Shown here: piece by piece, positions 10,217 to 20,961 of the stretch
Numbering within the stretch: the stretch's first letter is position 1
Layout: every line of letters starts with the position of its first letter
NCBI GenBank assembly: GCA_020639315.1
Contig: JACKGM010000001.1
Coordinates: 146,511 to 210,510 of the forward strand
DNA from: Candidatus Nomurabacteria bacterium
Lineage (GTDB): Bacteria > Patescibacteriota > Saccharimonadia > JAGOAT01
Reading direction: 5' to 3'
DNA: 64,000 nt
Position numbers and translations under genes: made by a program
The notes under the pieces: generated by a model
Databases searched by the model: none
Told to the model about the DNA's origin: nothing
What the model saw: the letters and a program-made list of their open reading frames with translations, nothing else

Positions 10217-10737
10217 AGTTGGTCGTAGGCATTGATTGCCTCGACCACTACCTTGACACCTTCTTCTCTACCTTTGTGACCAGTGATCTCTACTACACCT
10301 GGTGCTTTCTTAATATCTTTGTAGTGTTTGAGGTAGTGGATTATTTCTTCGATTAAATGCGGAGATAAATCACTCACATCATTGACTTGGTCAAAGCGCA
10401 TATCTTCGACCGGTACCAAAAGCACCTTATCATCTTGCTCTCCCCCATCATCCATATAAATCACACCGATTACTCTAGCTTCGACCACGCAGGCTTGAGT
10501 CAAATCAAAACTAGAAAACAAAAAGCCATCCAAGTGGTCCCCGTCATCACAATGAGTATCGGGAATAAATACATAGTTTTGGGGACAAGCCATCGCGGTA
10601 TATTGGACTCGGTCGAGCTTAATCACATCCATCTCTTCATCGTATTCGTATTTATTGTGATCACCCCTTGGGATTTCAATCACAGCATTAACAATCTCTG
10701 GTGCAGCCTGACCAATCCTAACATCTCTTAGACTCAT
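10213..10737 (-). CDS. ppa: inorganic pyrophosphatase
   Basis: Family I PPase pattern (EIPRG..NKYEYD, DGD..D). 4-bp overlap with pcrA. Confidence 0.9.
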   Translation of the reverse strand: MSLRDVRIGQAAPEIVNAVIEIPRGDHNKYEYDEEMDVIKLDRVQYTAMACPQNYVFIPDTHCDDGDHLDGFLFSSFDLTQACVVEARVIGVIYMDDGGEQDDKVLLVPVEDMRFDQVNDVSDLSPHLIEEIIHYLKHYKDIKKAPGVVEITGHKGREEGVKVVVEAINAYDQL

Positions 10738-10799
10738 GTTTCCTCCTTAGGTTACAAGTCGTATTATAGCATACCCAATACAAAATAACTCTAACGATG

Positions 10800-11166
10800 C
10801 TCTGTCATGCTCAGAACTCCCTGAGTTCCGTCATTCTCAGAGCCTTGCTCTGGGAATCCAGAAAACAAACAACAAACATTAAAAGTAACTGGGGCTTAAT
10901 TCAAATTCGTTATCCATAGACCCATCCCTCCTGTCATCTTCCAAATTTCCGTAGGAAATTATGGGAGATCCACCTCCTCTGTCATCTTCGGATTACCCGG
11001 AGGGGAATACCGGAGATCTAGTATTTGAGTTGAACCCCATAAATGCAAATACTGGATCCCCCGTAAACTCTTTCAGAGTTTCGTAGGATGACAGAAGAGG
11101 GGGTGGATTTTCGTAGGATGACAATGCCTTCCTGCCACCAAACCAAAATACTGCATCCCCGTAGGC
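10800..11166. repeat. hairpin-unit repeat cluster (includes type-4 units)
   Basis: gtcattctcagagccttgctctgggaatccag plus type-1/2 units and half-units. Fills the whole ppa-tpiA gap together with the adjacent MITE. Confidence 0.85.
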
Positions 11167-11167
11167 T

Positions 11168-11331
11168 TATAGCAAGCTCAAAACAAAACCGGACAATTTG
11201 AGCTGTACTATAGAGAACTAGAAAGGTAGTTCTTCTTAAGAGCCATATCCATAGATATGGTGAGTAAGAAAACTAGCTTTATAGACTCTAGAGTTGGGTC
11301 AAAAGTCTGGTTTTGGTTTGGGCTTGCTATA
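11168..11331 (-). mobile_element. 164-bp MITE, family 2 (TATAGCAAGC...GCTTGCTATA ends)
   Basis: Near-identical (reverse complement) to 62747-63074 once the nested element there is removed. Terminal inverted repeats are tatagcaagcycaaaacmaaaacc. Confidence 0.85.
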
Positions 11332-12147
11332 ATTAAACCTACTGATAATCTCAAAAAACCCATCAGGAGTATTACTAGCTCCACCAATCAGTGCCCCATT
11401 ACAAACCTTACCGACAAACTGGGTGACACTACCAGCATCTACGCTACCACCATATAGATATTCCACTGACTCAGCAGCTACTCGATCATAGTGCGCCACA
11501 AGGTAATCGTAAATACTACTAGTCACCTGCTCTACATCCTTAGGCTCGGCAACCTTACCAGATCCAATTGCCCAAACTGGCTCATAGGCTATAACCAGCC
11601 CAGCAATCTCCTGATCACTCAACATGGCTAGCCCACTAGATAATTGGTCAATAATCACCGACTTGGTATGACCATCTTCTTTTTCTTTGAGTGTTTCTCC
11701 GACACAAAGCACTGGGGTAATTCCATGTCGGACTGCAGCAGCTACTTTCCTGGCAATCAGTTGTTGGCTCTCACCAAAAATTCTTCTTCTCTCACTGTGT
11801 CCGATTATTCCATAGCCAACCATTCCTCTTAATGCACCGATCGATGTCTCTCCAGTATAGGCACCCTTGTCCTCACTATAAAAATTTTGACTAGCTAAAC
11901 TAATTCGATTAGCAAGATTATTTCTAGAAATGTATTCGTACACTGGGTGCAAAGCCAAACTACTCGGTGCAAGTACTATTTCTAATCCTAAGTTTTGCTC
12001 GACTGTATCAAGCTTACTAGCAAGCAACTGGCAGTATTCAAGACTCTCGCGAACATCAAGGTTCATCTTCCAATTCGCCACTAGCCTGACTGGATTCTTT
12101 AGATCAGCACCACGATGCAAATCTAGCTTGAGCTTATTTGAGCTCAT
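11299..12147 (-). CDS. tpiA: triosephosphate isomerase
   Basis: ANWKMN, GHSERR and AYEPVWAIGSG motifs. The last 10 codons plus the stop lie inside the family-2 MITE. Confidence 0.9.
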   Translation of the reverse strand: MSSNKLKLDLHRGADLKNPVRLVANWKMNLDVRESLEYCQLLASKLDTVEQNLGLEIVLAPSSLALHPVYEYISRNNLANRISLASQNFYSEDKGAYTGETSIGALRGMVGYGIIGHSERRRIFGESQQLIARKVAAAVRHGITPVLCVGETLKEKEDGHTKSVIIDQLSSGLAMLSDQEIAGLVIAYEPVWAIGSGKVAEPKDVEQVTSSIYDYLVAHYDRVAAESVEYLYGGSVDAGSVTQFVGKVCNGALIGGASNTPDGFFEIISRFNYSKPKPKPDF

Positions 12148-12440
12148 TTTGTATCATTGTAATAGCTCTGCAATATCCCTGTGCCAATACTTGTAACAAG
12201 CCATAATAATAAGAAACTTACACCAGCACTTGGCTGACTTTTGGTTACAGTATCTACAGCTTGAGAATACTTCCAAAGCCACCAGATATAGACAAAAGGT
12301 ATTATTATCAACCAGGCGGTGGGTACATCCCCTCCTCTCTGATTAAGTTCATCCTTGGTCACAACAAACCAGTACAATTGATAAATACCAAAAGTGATAA
12401 AAGATAAAATCACTACCGCTACAGGATTACGTTTTTGCAT
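12144..12440 (-). CDS. small membrane protein, DUF4234-like
   Basis: Three hydrophobic helices. FGIYQLYWFVVTKDELN resembles the DUF4234 signature. Confidence 0.5.
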   Translation of the reverse strand: MQKRNPVAVVILSFITFGIYQLYWFVVTKDELNQRGGDVPTAWLIIIPFVYIWWLWKYSQAVDTVTKSQPSAGVSFLLLWLVTSIGTGILQSYYNDTK

Positions 12441-12527
12441 TATTCCTCCTTATGCTTAATTATTACACTATTGTATCACATAGCTAAAGCTCAACTAGAG
12501 CTATTTGATAGCAGTAGGGGTAGTACA

Positions 12528-12935
12528 GGATACTGGATCCCCCGTAAGTTCTCCGAACTTCGGAGGATGACAGGAGTCGAGTCATCCTCAACTTTTCCGC
12601 CCTTGATTTGAAGAAAAAGTTGGGGATCCAGAACTCTAGATAATGTACTTAGATTAACTCAATTACTTTTAATGTTTATTGTTAGTTTTCTGGATACCCA
12701 GAGCAAGCTCTGAGTATGACGGATGCAAATACGAGATACTGGATCCCCCGTAATCCTCTATGAGGATTCGGAGGATGACAATCCTCTCCCTGTCATATTC
12801 CAAAATCCTGTAAGGATTTATGGGATATCCAGTATTTGAATTGAACCCCAGAAATGCAAAATACTGGATCCCCCGTAATCCTCTATGAGGATTCGGAGGA
12901 TGACAAAAGAAACGGGTTTCGGGAGAAGGCGGAAG
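12528..12935. repeat. hairpin-unit repeat cluster
   Basis: About six units of types 1, 3 and 4 in both orientations. Abuts the mutM stop codon. Confidence 0.9.
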
Positions 12936-12941
12936 CCTGAT

Positions 12942-13787
12942 CTACTTTTGGCAGTTAGGGCAATAATGGGTTCCCCGTCCAGCATGCTTGACCTTGACGA
13001 TTGGGGCACTGCAAGTCTTGCAAGGTTGCCCTTCCCTATTATAGACTTGGGCAAAATCAAGATATTTGCCTTTCTTGCCATCAACATCTAGATAGTTACG
13101 GCTTGTCGATCCCCCTAGCTCAATACTCTGCTTGATGACTTGGTTTGCTGCCTGATAAACTTTGGCAATTTCATCCACTGACAAGCTTGAGACTAAACGA
13201 TCTGGCCTAACCCCCGCACTGTGGGTAGCCTCATCTGCGTAAATATTACCAATCCCTGCGACCACTGTCTGATCCAGTAAAGCTGCCTTGATACTAGATT
13301 TGGCTTTTCTTTTGAGATTATTCTCAAACCCCTTCAGGCTGATCTCTACAATATCTGGTGCCAACTTCTTGATAAATGGATAGTCGGCCAGAGAGTTAGT
13401 CGGCCAAAGCTCAATATAGCCAAACTTTCTAAGATCATTAAAGTACAAGCTGTAGTCCTCTAGCTGGATAATCACCCTGGTCGACCGATCGGGCATCTTG
13501 CCAATTAGGCTATGGTTGGGATGACCTGCACCCCATTGATGATCCTTGCCTACCACGATTAATTGTCCAGTCATTCTCAAATGAATCAGCACAGAATAAC
13601 TATTATCTAGACCGATCACTAGTAGCTTACCTTTTCTATCAAACCACAAAATTCTAGCACCTACTATCTTACCAGCATCTCCCCTAAATGATTTGGGGCT
13701 TAAGATCTGACAATCAACAATTTTTTGCTGACCAAGGTATTGCCCCAAGCCCCTTCTGACAATCTCTACCTCTGGCAGCTCAGGCAT
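12942..13787 (-). CDS. mutM: formamidopyrimidine-DNA glycosylase
   Basis: MPELPEVE N-terminus, H2TH region, and a C-terminal CxxC...CxxC zinc finger. Confidence 0.9.
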   Translation of the reverse strand: MPELPEVEIVRRGLGQYLGQQKIVDCQILSPKSFRGDAGKIVGARILWFDRKGKLLVIGLDNSYSVLIHLRMTGQLIVVGKDHQWGAGHPNHSLIGKMPDRSTRVIIQLEDYSLYFNDLRKFGYIELWPTNSLADYPFIKKLAPDIVEISLKGFENNLKRKAKSSIKAALLDQTVVAGIGNIYADEATHSAGVRPDRLVSSLSVDEIAKVYQAANQVIKQSIELGGSTSRNYLDVDGKKGKYLDFAQVYNREGQPCKTCSAPIVKVKHAGRGTHYCPNCQK

Positions 13788-13791
13788 TTGA

Positions 13792-16287
13792 CTAAACCTT
13801 CAGGTTGGTGATTTCTCTCATCTCACCAAGATTCTGCCCGACCTTAACACCTGCACTAAGAGGAATCGAAAAGCTCCAAACACCTTCCATAATCTGCTTT
13901 ATTTGTTGTGATACTTGATCTACCTGAGCTTGATCCACCTCAACTACAAGCTCATCATGTATTTGCATAATCAGCCTAGCCTCTCGAGGTAATTGTTGAT
14001 CTAACTCAATCATTGCTAATTTCATCAAATCAGCTACTGTACCTTGGATCGGAAGATTGATTGCGGCGCGTTCGCTTGCCATTCTAAGCTGGAAAGACCT
14101 GGCATTAATCTCTGGAAAATGTCTCCTCCGCCCAAAATAAGTGTCGACAAACTGATATTCTCTTACAAACTGCTTAACCGACTCCAGATAAAGCTTTAGA
14201 TCTGGTAATGCTCTAAAATATCGCTCTATAAAATCTTCTGCTTCCTGATAATCTATCCCAGAAGTTCGCACCAGGCCATGAGCTCCCATACCGTATAAAA
14301 CCCCAAAATTTATCGCCTTAGACCGATATCTCTGCTCGCTAGTGACCTGATCAACTGGTACTTGATAAATCAAGCTAGCAGTTCGCTGGTGAATATCCTC
14401 TTGGTTCCTAAAAGCCTCTAGTAAGTTCTTGTCCTGACTCAAGATAGCTGCTATTCTCAGATCTATTTGAGAATAGTCGACTGCAATCAATCTTCGACCT
14501 TCTGGGGCAATAAAACAACTTTTGACTGCTCTACCTAGCTCTGTTCTGGTCGGGATATTCATTAGATTGGGGTTAACGGAACTCAGACGACCTGTCTGTG
14601 CACCAATCTGATTGTAAGTAGTGTGAACCCTAGCATGTTTATCTGCGAGTTTTGGCAGAGTCTCTAGATAGGTATTAAGCAATTTGCTAATCATTCGATA
14701 ATCCCTAATCAGATCGATAATTGGATGCTGGCCTTCTAGCTTATCGAGCTCACCAGCGGCCAGAGAAACTCCTGTCTTGTTGCGCTTGAGTCCCTGACTT
14801 GATATCTTAAGCTTATCAAACAAAATAGTCTGGAGTTGCTTGACCGAACCCAGATTGAAATCCTCCCCAGCTATCTTTTTGGCCTTTAGCTCAATCTTAG
14901 AGATCTGACCCTTGAGAGTATCGGTCTGTTTACTGATTTGATCAAGATCAAGCATTGCACCATAGTCTTCCATTCTCTTTAAGACTGGCGTCAAGGGCCA
15001 CTCCAGCCTCTTTGCCATCTCCCAAAGATCCCAGCCAGCACTCAACCAATCATATTCTTGATTGAATAAGCTAGTTTGGAGATTAGTCTGATCTGACTGG
15101 TTGGTATTTTTCATCAGCTTATAAGCTTCAATAAATTGCTCTGGTACACTATTTGAATCAAAGTTTTTTTCAACAATCTGGCTAGCAATATCCAGATCAA
15201 ATAATATCAGCTGGCTACCTCCTGTTAAATCCAGACCTTTAAGCTGATTACCTACCAAATAACCTTGCTTTGGTAGCTTGCCCTGGTCAACAGCATCAAA
15301 ATCTAGATCTGTTGCAACTAGACCCTGAAGATCTTTTGTCTTAATCTTGGCTTCAAAATCTAGTGGTAAGACATATAGACTATTATTCGAATCTGACACT
15401 TTGATATCTGACCCTTCTTTGTTTGGTAATAGGCTTAATAAGCTATTAAGATCATATTGCTTAATCACCTCAAGAGCCTGCTCTGCTTGATACTTAGTAC
15501 AATCCAACTGTTCAAAATCAAGGTCCAGATTGAGGTTGGTCACAATTGTAGCTAATTGCTTACTCGTTATCGCCAAATCAATATTTTCCCCAATTAGCTT
15601 TTGCCATCTCGGCTTAATCTGATCCAGATGACCAAGAATATCTTCTAGATCTTGATATTGCCCTAGTAACTCTTTAGCCGACTTGTCTCCTATGCCAGGC
15701 ACCCCAGGTATATTATCACTACTATCTCCTGCCAGGGCTTTATAGTCAATTAGGTGAATTGGGTCAAAACCATACTCTTCCTTGAAGCTTTGTTCTGTAT
15801 AAAGTTTCTCTTTACCAAAAGTCCTTAGAAGTAATACTTGAACATTTTCTGATAGCAACTGCAACTGATCTCTGTCACCCGTCACAATCATCACCTGATA
15901 CTGATCACTATACTGACTAGCAATTGACCCTACTAAATCATCCGCTTCATAGTTAGCCAGACCCAACACCTGAAAGCCTAGCTTCTCTAATACCTCCTGA
16001 CTTGTTCCAATCTGATCAACCAGTTCTTGGTCAGGTGCTTGACGATTTGCCTTATACTCTAGATATAATTTATTACGAAAAGTTGGACCTGGTTGATCCC
16101 AGGTAACGATACAGTAATCCGCCTGATATCTTCGATTGATCTCTAGGACAGTTCTGGCAACCCCATAGATTGCCCCGGTCGGGCGTCCTGATTTGTCCTT
16201 GAGATTGGGCAAGGCATGAAAACTTCGATGAAGTAGAGCATGTCCATCGTAGATGACCAGCTTTGGTTTTTTGCTCTGCTGAGCCAA
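13792..16287 (-). CDS. polA: DNA polymerase I
   Basis: 5'-nuclease domain (YDGHALLHRSFHA). Motif A is DYSQIDLRIAA and motif C is QIHDELVVEV. Confidence 0.95.
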   Translation of the reverse strand: MAQQSKKPKLVIYDGHALLHRSFHALPNLKDKSGRPTGAIYGVARTVLEINRRYQADYCIVTWDQPGPTFRNKLYLEYKANRQAPDQELVDQIGTSQEVLEKLGFQVLGLANYEADDLVGSIASQYSDQYQVMIVTGDRDQLQLLSENVQVLLLRTFGKEKLYTEQSFKEEYGFDPIHLIDYKALAGDSSDNIPGVPGIGDKSAKELLGQYQDLEDILGHLDQIKPRWQKLIGENIDLAITSKQLATIVTNLNLDLDFEQLDCTKYQAEQALEVIKQYDLNSLLSLLPNKEGSDIKVSDSNNSLYVLPLDFEAKIKTKDLQGLVATDLDFDAVDQGKLPKQGYLVGNQLKGLDLTGGSQLILFDLDIASQIVEKNFDSNSVPEQFIEAYKLMKNTNQSDQTNLQTSLFNQEYDWLSAGWDLWEMAKRLEWPLTPVLKRMEDYGAMLDLDQISKQTDTLKGQISKIELKAKKIAGEDFNLGSVKQLQTILFDKLKISSQGLKRNKTGVSLAAGELDKLEGQHPIIDLIRDYRMISKLLNTYLETLPKLADKHARVHTTYNQIGAQTGRLSSVNPNLMNIPTRTELGRAVKSCFIAPEGRRLIAVDYSQIDLRIAAILSQDKNLLEAFRNQEDIHQRTASLIYQVPVDQVTSEQRYRSKAINFGVLYGMGAHGLVRTSGIDYQEAEDFIERYFRALPDLKLYLESVKQFVREYQFVDTYFGRRRHFPEINARSFQLRMASERAAINLPIQGTVADLMKLAMIELDQQLPREARLIMQIHDELVVEVDQAQVDQVSQQIKQIMEGVWSFSIPLSAGVKVGQNLGEMREITNLKV

Positions 16288-16290
16288 ACC

Positions 16291-16575
16291 CTACGCGGTT
16301 CCTGTCAAAGCACCAAGAACAAAGTTCACAAGTGCATATGATAATAGTACTACGGCTATTCCGACCATAGCCCAAATCAGTCCGTGAATATGTTTCTCAA
16401 TTTTTTTGGGGTCACTACCACCAATGATAATCATGAGGCCATTATACATCACGATAAAAACCGCTACGATTCCAACAATTGCTAGTATCAGCTCAATCAC
16501 ATTACTAGACCTCGCAAAAAAGGCATCGGTATCTTGTGGTGCACCCGATATAGCTGGTATCTTGATCTTATCCAT
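16291..16575 (-). CDS. VirB2/TrbC-like (T4SS-type) pilin family small membrane protein
   Basis: 94 aa with two TM helices flanking IIGGSDPKKIEKHIHGLIWAMVG. This pattern recalls the small 'pilin' proteins common in CPR genomes. Confidence 0.45.
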   Translation of the reverse strand: MDKIKIPAISGAPQDTDAFFARSSNVIELILAIVGIVAVFIVMYNGLMIIIGGSDPKKIEKHIHGLIWAMVGIAVVLLSYALVNFVLGALTGTA

Positions 16576-16643
16576 TATAATTTATTTTAGACTATAGCCG
16601 TCAAAAAAACAAAAGGAATAATCTGGGTCTAAGTCAATTTTTC

Positions 16644-17273
16644 TCACCCTACCTTTACTCCTCCTATATTTTCAATGATTGCCCTGACAATTACCCCTGC
16701 AAATAATGCTACTGCCATACCGATAATTGCGTACAATATGGTGTTTTTGGCAGACTCAATTGCCTTGGGGTTCCCACTCGAAGTCAACATCTTGATCCCA
16801 GCCGTAATAAACATATAGACCGATACGATCCCAATGATTGCCGTTAACAAGACGACAAGGTTTGCAATAATCTGTTGAGCGATTGAGACTAGATTGCCTT
16901 CCGTGAAATTTGTTCCTTTAAATATTGGCCCATCCTGGCTTAGTAAGTCCAAGATTACATTAAAGCCAATCACTCCGAACAAAGCTGTAACTATCCGGGT
17001 GATTCTTTGCTTGCCTTGCTTGATCTGCTCTGGCCCAACGCCTCCTAACATAATCTGAATACCAGAAAACATAATGATTGGCACAGCAACTCCTACTGCT
17101 ATCACTACCAAGATATTAGCAACATTGTTAACAATCTCATAGACTAAATCCAAGCCCTCAGCACTGCTTCCTTTGCAAAACTGATCGAAGAAACTGCTAA
17201 CCTCTGCTTTGCCACAAGTAGCACCGACTGCTTTTATTGCTGTTTCTCCAAATTGATATCCAAACATAAGCAT
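16644..17273 (-). CDS. tandem-duplicated VirB2/TrbC-like pilin family protein
   Basis: Two copies of the helix-GG.P....K-helix module (IMLGGVGPEQIKQGKQRITRIV and MLTSSGNPKAIESAKNTILYAIIGMAV). Confidence 0.45.
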   Translation of the reverse strand: MLMFGYQFGETAIKAVGATCGKAEVSSFFDQFCKGSSAEGLDLVYEIVNNVANILVVIAVGVAVPIIMFSGIQIMLGGVGPEQIKQGKQRITRIVTALFGVIGFNVILDLLSQDGPIFKGTNFTEGNLVSIAQQIIANLVVLLTAIIGIVSVYMFITAGIKMLTSSGNPKAIESAKNTILYAIIGMAVALFAGVIVRAIIENIGGVKVG

Positions 17274-17295
17274 ATTTTATCACGAAACTTAACCT

Positions 17296-17484
17296 AAATA
17301 CTGGATCTCATAATTTCCTAAAGGAAATTTGGTTTGGTGACCCAATTCCTGTCATCCTCCGAAGTTCAAAGAACTTACGGGGGATCCAGTATTTTGTATT
17401 TCTGGGATTCAATTCAAATACTGGATATCCCATAAATCCCTCTGGGATTTTGGAATATGACACGGGGGATCCAGTATTTGCATT
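17296..17484. repeat. hairpin-unit repeat cluster
   Basis: Three to four units, including type 3: ggatatcccataaatccctctgggattttggaatatgaca. Confidence 0.9.
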
Positions 17485-17663
17485 AGACTTGTCCCCCAAT
17501 AATTTTTGAGCATAAAATTGCCTAGTTTGAGACTAGAATAGTCTTTTCGTAAAGAGCCCTAACAGAGTTAAGGTGATGAAGTGAATAGATTATTATAGTC
17601 CAAAATAGGTGATTTGGGACCGAAAATCTTACTTATAGCAAGTCTAATAGGGTTATTACTTGA

Positions 17664-18578
17664 CTAAAACAACCGACCCCGGGTCTTTGTGAATTTTTCT
17701 AGCAACTCTCTCTGGGCTTTTGAAAGCCTTTTCGGCACTATCACATTGATGATCACCAAGTGATCACCTTTAAGGTGCCCATGGTCTACTCCTTTGCCCT
17801 TGACTCGCAAAATGGCATTGGGTTGGGTACCAGCTGGAACCTCCAACTTCTCTTTACCATAGACCCCATCAATCTCCACTGTCTTACCCAGTGCTGCTTC
17901 AACCATCCCAATTTCTAGCTCAGAAACAATATCCGGACCTCTTCTCTGAAAATGTTTATCTGGGCGAACTTGAATATGAATTATCAAATCACCTGAATTG
18001 CCTTGACTATCTATTGAACCCTGAGACCTAACCCTAATTGATTGTCCATCTTCAATCCCGGCTGGAATCTTAACCTTGATCTGGCGATTTTCTTTTTCAC
18101 CCTTCTGGTGATTGTCTACTCTTAAGCTAATATCTTTGGTAGTGCCTTTGATCGACTCCATAAAATCAATCGCCATCTGGACCTGGATTGGTCGACTACT
18201 ACGACCAAATCCAGATCCAAAGCCACCTCCAAACATCCCTTCGAGAATATCACCGAGACCACCCAAGTCCCCAAAGTCAAACTCAACATTTTGACCAGAG
18301 AACCCAGAGAAACCAGAGAATCCTGAGAACCCCTGAGGACCAGCCCCAGCTCCAGCCTGATTGGCACCAGCACTATGCCCAAACTGGTCATAAAGCTGTC
18401 GCTTCTTAGGATCCTTTAAGACCTCATAAGCCTCATTGGCTTCCTTGAACTTAGCCTCATCTCCACCCTCTCTATCAGGGTGGAGCTTAACAGCTAGCTT
18501 TCTAAAAGCTTTCTTGATCTCTTGATCGCTGGCAGTCTTTGATACGCCTAGTACCTCGTAATAGTCTCGCTTTGGCAT
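17664..18578 (-). CDS. dnaJ: J-domain co-chaperone DnaJ/CbpA type (no zinc-finger domain)
   Basis: The J domain has HPD, followed by a G/F-rich region and C-terminal substrate-binding domains. No CxxCxGxG repeats are present. Confidence 0.9.
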   Translation of the reverse strand: MPKRDYYEVLGVSKTASDQEIKKAFRKLAVKLHPDREGGDEAKFKEANEAYEVLKDPKKRQLYDQFGHSAGANQAGAGAGPQGFSGFSGFSGFSGQNVEFDFGDLGGLGDILEGMFGGGFGSGFGRSSRPIQVQMAIDFMESIKGTTKDISLRVDNHQKGEKENRQIKVKIPAGIEDGQSIRVRSQGSIDSQGNSGDLIIHIQVRPDKHFQRRGPDIVSELEIGMVEAALGKTVEIDGVYGKEKLEVPAGTQPNAILRVKGKGVDHGHLKGDHLVIINVIVPKRLSKAQRELLEKFTKTRGRLF

Positions 18579-18585
18579 TGGTAAG

Positions 18586-20463
18586 TTACTCTACTACTTC
18601 ACCTTCTACTGGCTCATCACCGGCGTCACCCTTCTCGTCTTCTTTACTATCAGCCTGCTCTTGACTCTGCTTGTAGACTATTTCACCAAGCTTTTGGGAC
18701 TTCTCACTCAGCTCCTTGATTGCAGCTTCGATTGCTTCCTTGTCCTCTCCAGTTAATTTATCCTTGAGAGTGGCTAGAGCTTCCTCGATCGCCTTAGTGT
18801 CAGCTTCTTCTAGCTTATCTTTGTGCTCTTCGAGACTTTTTTCGGTACTATGGGCTAGAGATTCTGCCATATTCTTAGTCTCTGCAAGCTCACGCTTTTG
18901 CTTGTCTTCTTCGGCATGACTTTCGGCATCTTGTCGCATTTTCTCAACCTCAGCCTTGTCTAGGTTGCCAGAGTTTTGGATAGTAATCTTTTGCTCTTTA
19001 CCGGTACCCTTATCTTTGGCTGAGACATTCAATATCCCATTGGCATCGATATCAAAGGTTACCTCTACCTGAGGTACTCCCCTTGGTGCTGGAGGTATGC
19101 CATCCAAGATAAATTTGCCTAGACTCTTATTGTCAGCGGCCATTTCTCTTTCTCCTTGCAAAACATTGATTTCAACACTTGGTTGATTGTCCGCAGCAGT
19201 CGAGAAGACTTGAGACTTAGATGTCGGAATGGTTGAGTTGCGTTCAATTAGCTTAGTGGATACCCCACCCATAGTTTCAAGTCCTAGAGACAATGGTGTA
19301 ACATCCAGTAGTAATACATCTTTGACATCACCTGCTAGCACCCCTCCTTGAACAGCAGCACCTAAAGCAACTACCTCATCTGGGTTAACTCCAGTCAATG
19401 GCTCCTTACCAAAGAACTCTTTTACCTTGGATTGGACTAAAGGCATTCTAGTCATACCACCGACTAAGATTACTTCATCAATATCTGATTTACTTAAGCC
19501 AGCATCCTTGAGGGCTGCTTGACATGGCTTGAGGGTCTTTTCGACTATTGGGCCGACTAGTTTCTCTAGCTCTGCTCTGGTCATAGATATTGTTAAATGT
19601 TTTGGTCCATTGCTATCTGCGGTGATAAATGGCAGATTGATTTCTGTGGTCGGAGCTGACGAGAGTTCGACCTTGGCTTTCTCAGCTGCTTCTTTGACCC
19701 TCTGCATTGCAGTCTTGTCATTGCTCAAATCAACACCTTGATCAGTCTTGAACTGATCAACAAGCCAGTTGATAATAGCAAGATCAAAGTCATCACCACC
19801 AAGGTGGGTATCCCCATTGGTACTCTTGACCTCAAATACACCGTCCCCAAGCTCCAAGATTGAAACATCAAATGTTCCACCACCCAAGTCGTAGACTACT
19901 ACTTTTTCTTCTTTTTTCTTGTCAAGCCCATAAGCCAAAGCGGCGGCGGTCGGTTCGTTGATGATCCGCTTGACTTCTAATCCTGCAATCTTACCTGCAT
20001 CCTTAGTAGCTTGACGCTGGGCGTCATTGAAATAAGCAGGGACAGTGATCACTGCTTCGGTAATCTTTTGACCCAAATACTTCTCGGCATCAGCCTTGAG
20101 CTTGGACAAAATCATAGCTGAAACTTCTTCTGGAGTATAATCCTTGTCTCCCATCACTACCTTGACACCGTTACCGCTCTTCTTGATTTCATAAGGCATC
20201 AGTTTGATATCTCTTTGAACCTCCGGATCATTAAACTGACGACCAATCAACCTCTTGACTGAAAATATTGTATTCTTCGCATTGACAACCGCTTGGCGTT
20301 TGGCAGCCTGACCGACTAACCTTGTCTTATCTTTAGCAACCGCAACTACACTAGGTGTAGTCCTGCTTCCTTCAGCATTTGTAATAATTGTTGCCTTGCC
20401 ACCTTCCATTACTGCCATCGCAGAATTGGTAGTACCAAGATCTATTCCTATAATCTTTCCCAT
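18586..20463 (-). CDS. dnaK: chaperone DnaK (Hsp70)
   Basis: [10 protein letters not shown] and DLGGGTFD motifs, with an acidic C-terminus. Confidence 0.97.
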   Translation of the reverse strand: MGKIIGIDLGTTNSAMAVMEGGKATIITNAEGSRTTPSVVAVAKDKTRLVGQAAKRQAVVNAKNTIFSVKRLIGRQFNDPEVQRDIKLMPYEIKKSGNGVKVVMGDKDYTPEEVSAMILSKLKADAEKYLGQKITEAVITVPAYFNDAQRQATKDAGKIAGLEVKRIINEPTAAALAYGLDKKKEEKVVVYDLGGGTFDVSILELGDGVFEVKSTNGDTHLGGDDFDLAIINWLVDQFKTDQGVDLSNDKTAMQRVKEAAEKAKVELSSAPTTEINLPFITADSNGPKHLTISMTRAELEKLVGPIVEKTLKPCQAALKDAGLSKSDIDEVILVGGMTRMPLVQSKVKEFFGKEPLTGVNPDEVVALGAAVQGGVLAGDVKDVLLLDVTPLSLGLETMGGVSTKLIERNSTIPTSKSQVFSTAADNQPSVEINVLQGEREMAADNKSLGKFILDGIPPAPRGVPQVEVTFDIDANGILNVSAKDKGTGKEQKITIQNSGNLDKAEVEKMRQDAESHAEEDKQKRELAETKNMAESLAHSTEKSLEEHKDKLEEADTKAIEEALATLKDKLTGEDKEAIEAAIKELSEKSQKLGEIVYKQSQEQADSKEDEKGDAGDEPVEGEVVE

Positions 20464-20960
20464 TATTTATTCTCCTTACTGGGTAATTCTTTACCCTTAC
20501 TAATTTTTACCTTTGCATATCTGACAATCTTATCTTGATAAGCATATCCAGTAGCTATTTCCTCTACTACTTCTCCAATTGGCTTATCAGAATAAACTTC
20601 TTCTATCGCCTCGTGCTTACCAGGATCAAATTGTTGACCCACACTGACCAACCTAGTCAAACCTATATTTTGAAACACAGTTTCGAGCTGACTAGCAACT
20701 GCTCTCATTCCTATCACCCATGAGTTATTTTTGATCTCATCCGGAGTAGACTTATCTGCCAAATCTAGATTGTCCAAGACTGGCAAAAACTCTTCCAAAA
20801 GACCGAACTTAACTCGTGAAGATATTTGCGCGTTCTCTTCATTGGTGCGTTTACGATAATTGTCAAACTCAGCTTGCAGTCTTTGCAAAGAATCTGTCAA
20901 ATCTTTTATTTGTTTATCTTGGTCTTGATCTGATTTAAGCTTCTTATCTGACGCTTTCAT
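20463..20960 (-). CDS. grpE: nucleotide exchange factor GrpE
   Basis: Coiled-coil N-terminus ([11 protein letters not shown]), a GrpE C-terminal beta domain, and position between hrcA and dnaK. Confidence 0.9.
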   Translation of the reverse strand: MKASDKKLKSDQDQDKQIKDLTDSLQRLQAEFDNYRKRTNEENAQISSRVKFGLLEEFLPVLDNLDLADKSTPDEIKNNSWVIGMRAVASQLETVFQNIGLTRLVSVGQQFDPGKHEAIEEVYSDKPIGEVVEEIATGYAYQDKIVRYAKVKISKGKELPSKENK

Positions 20961-20961
20961 A

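Noticed and set aside
12818-13091. ORFs 12818..13087 (-) and 12885..13091 (+) overlapping the mutM 3' end.
   Set aside because: Each is partly repeat-encoded and partly out of frame or antisense to the well-supported mutM zinc-finger region.
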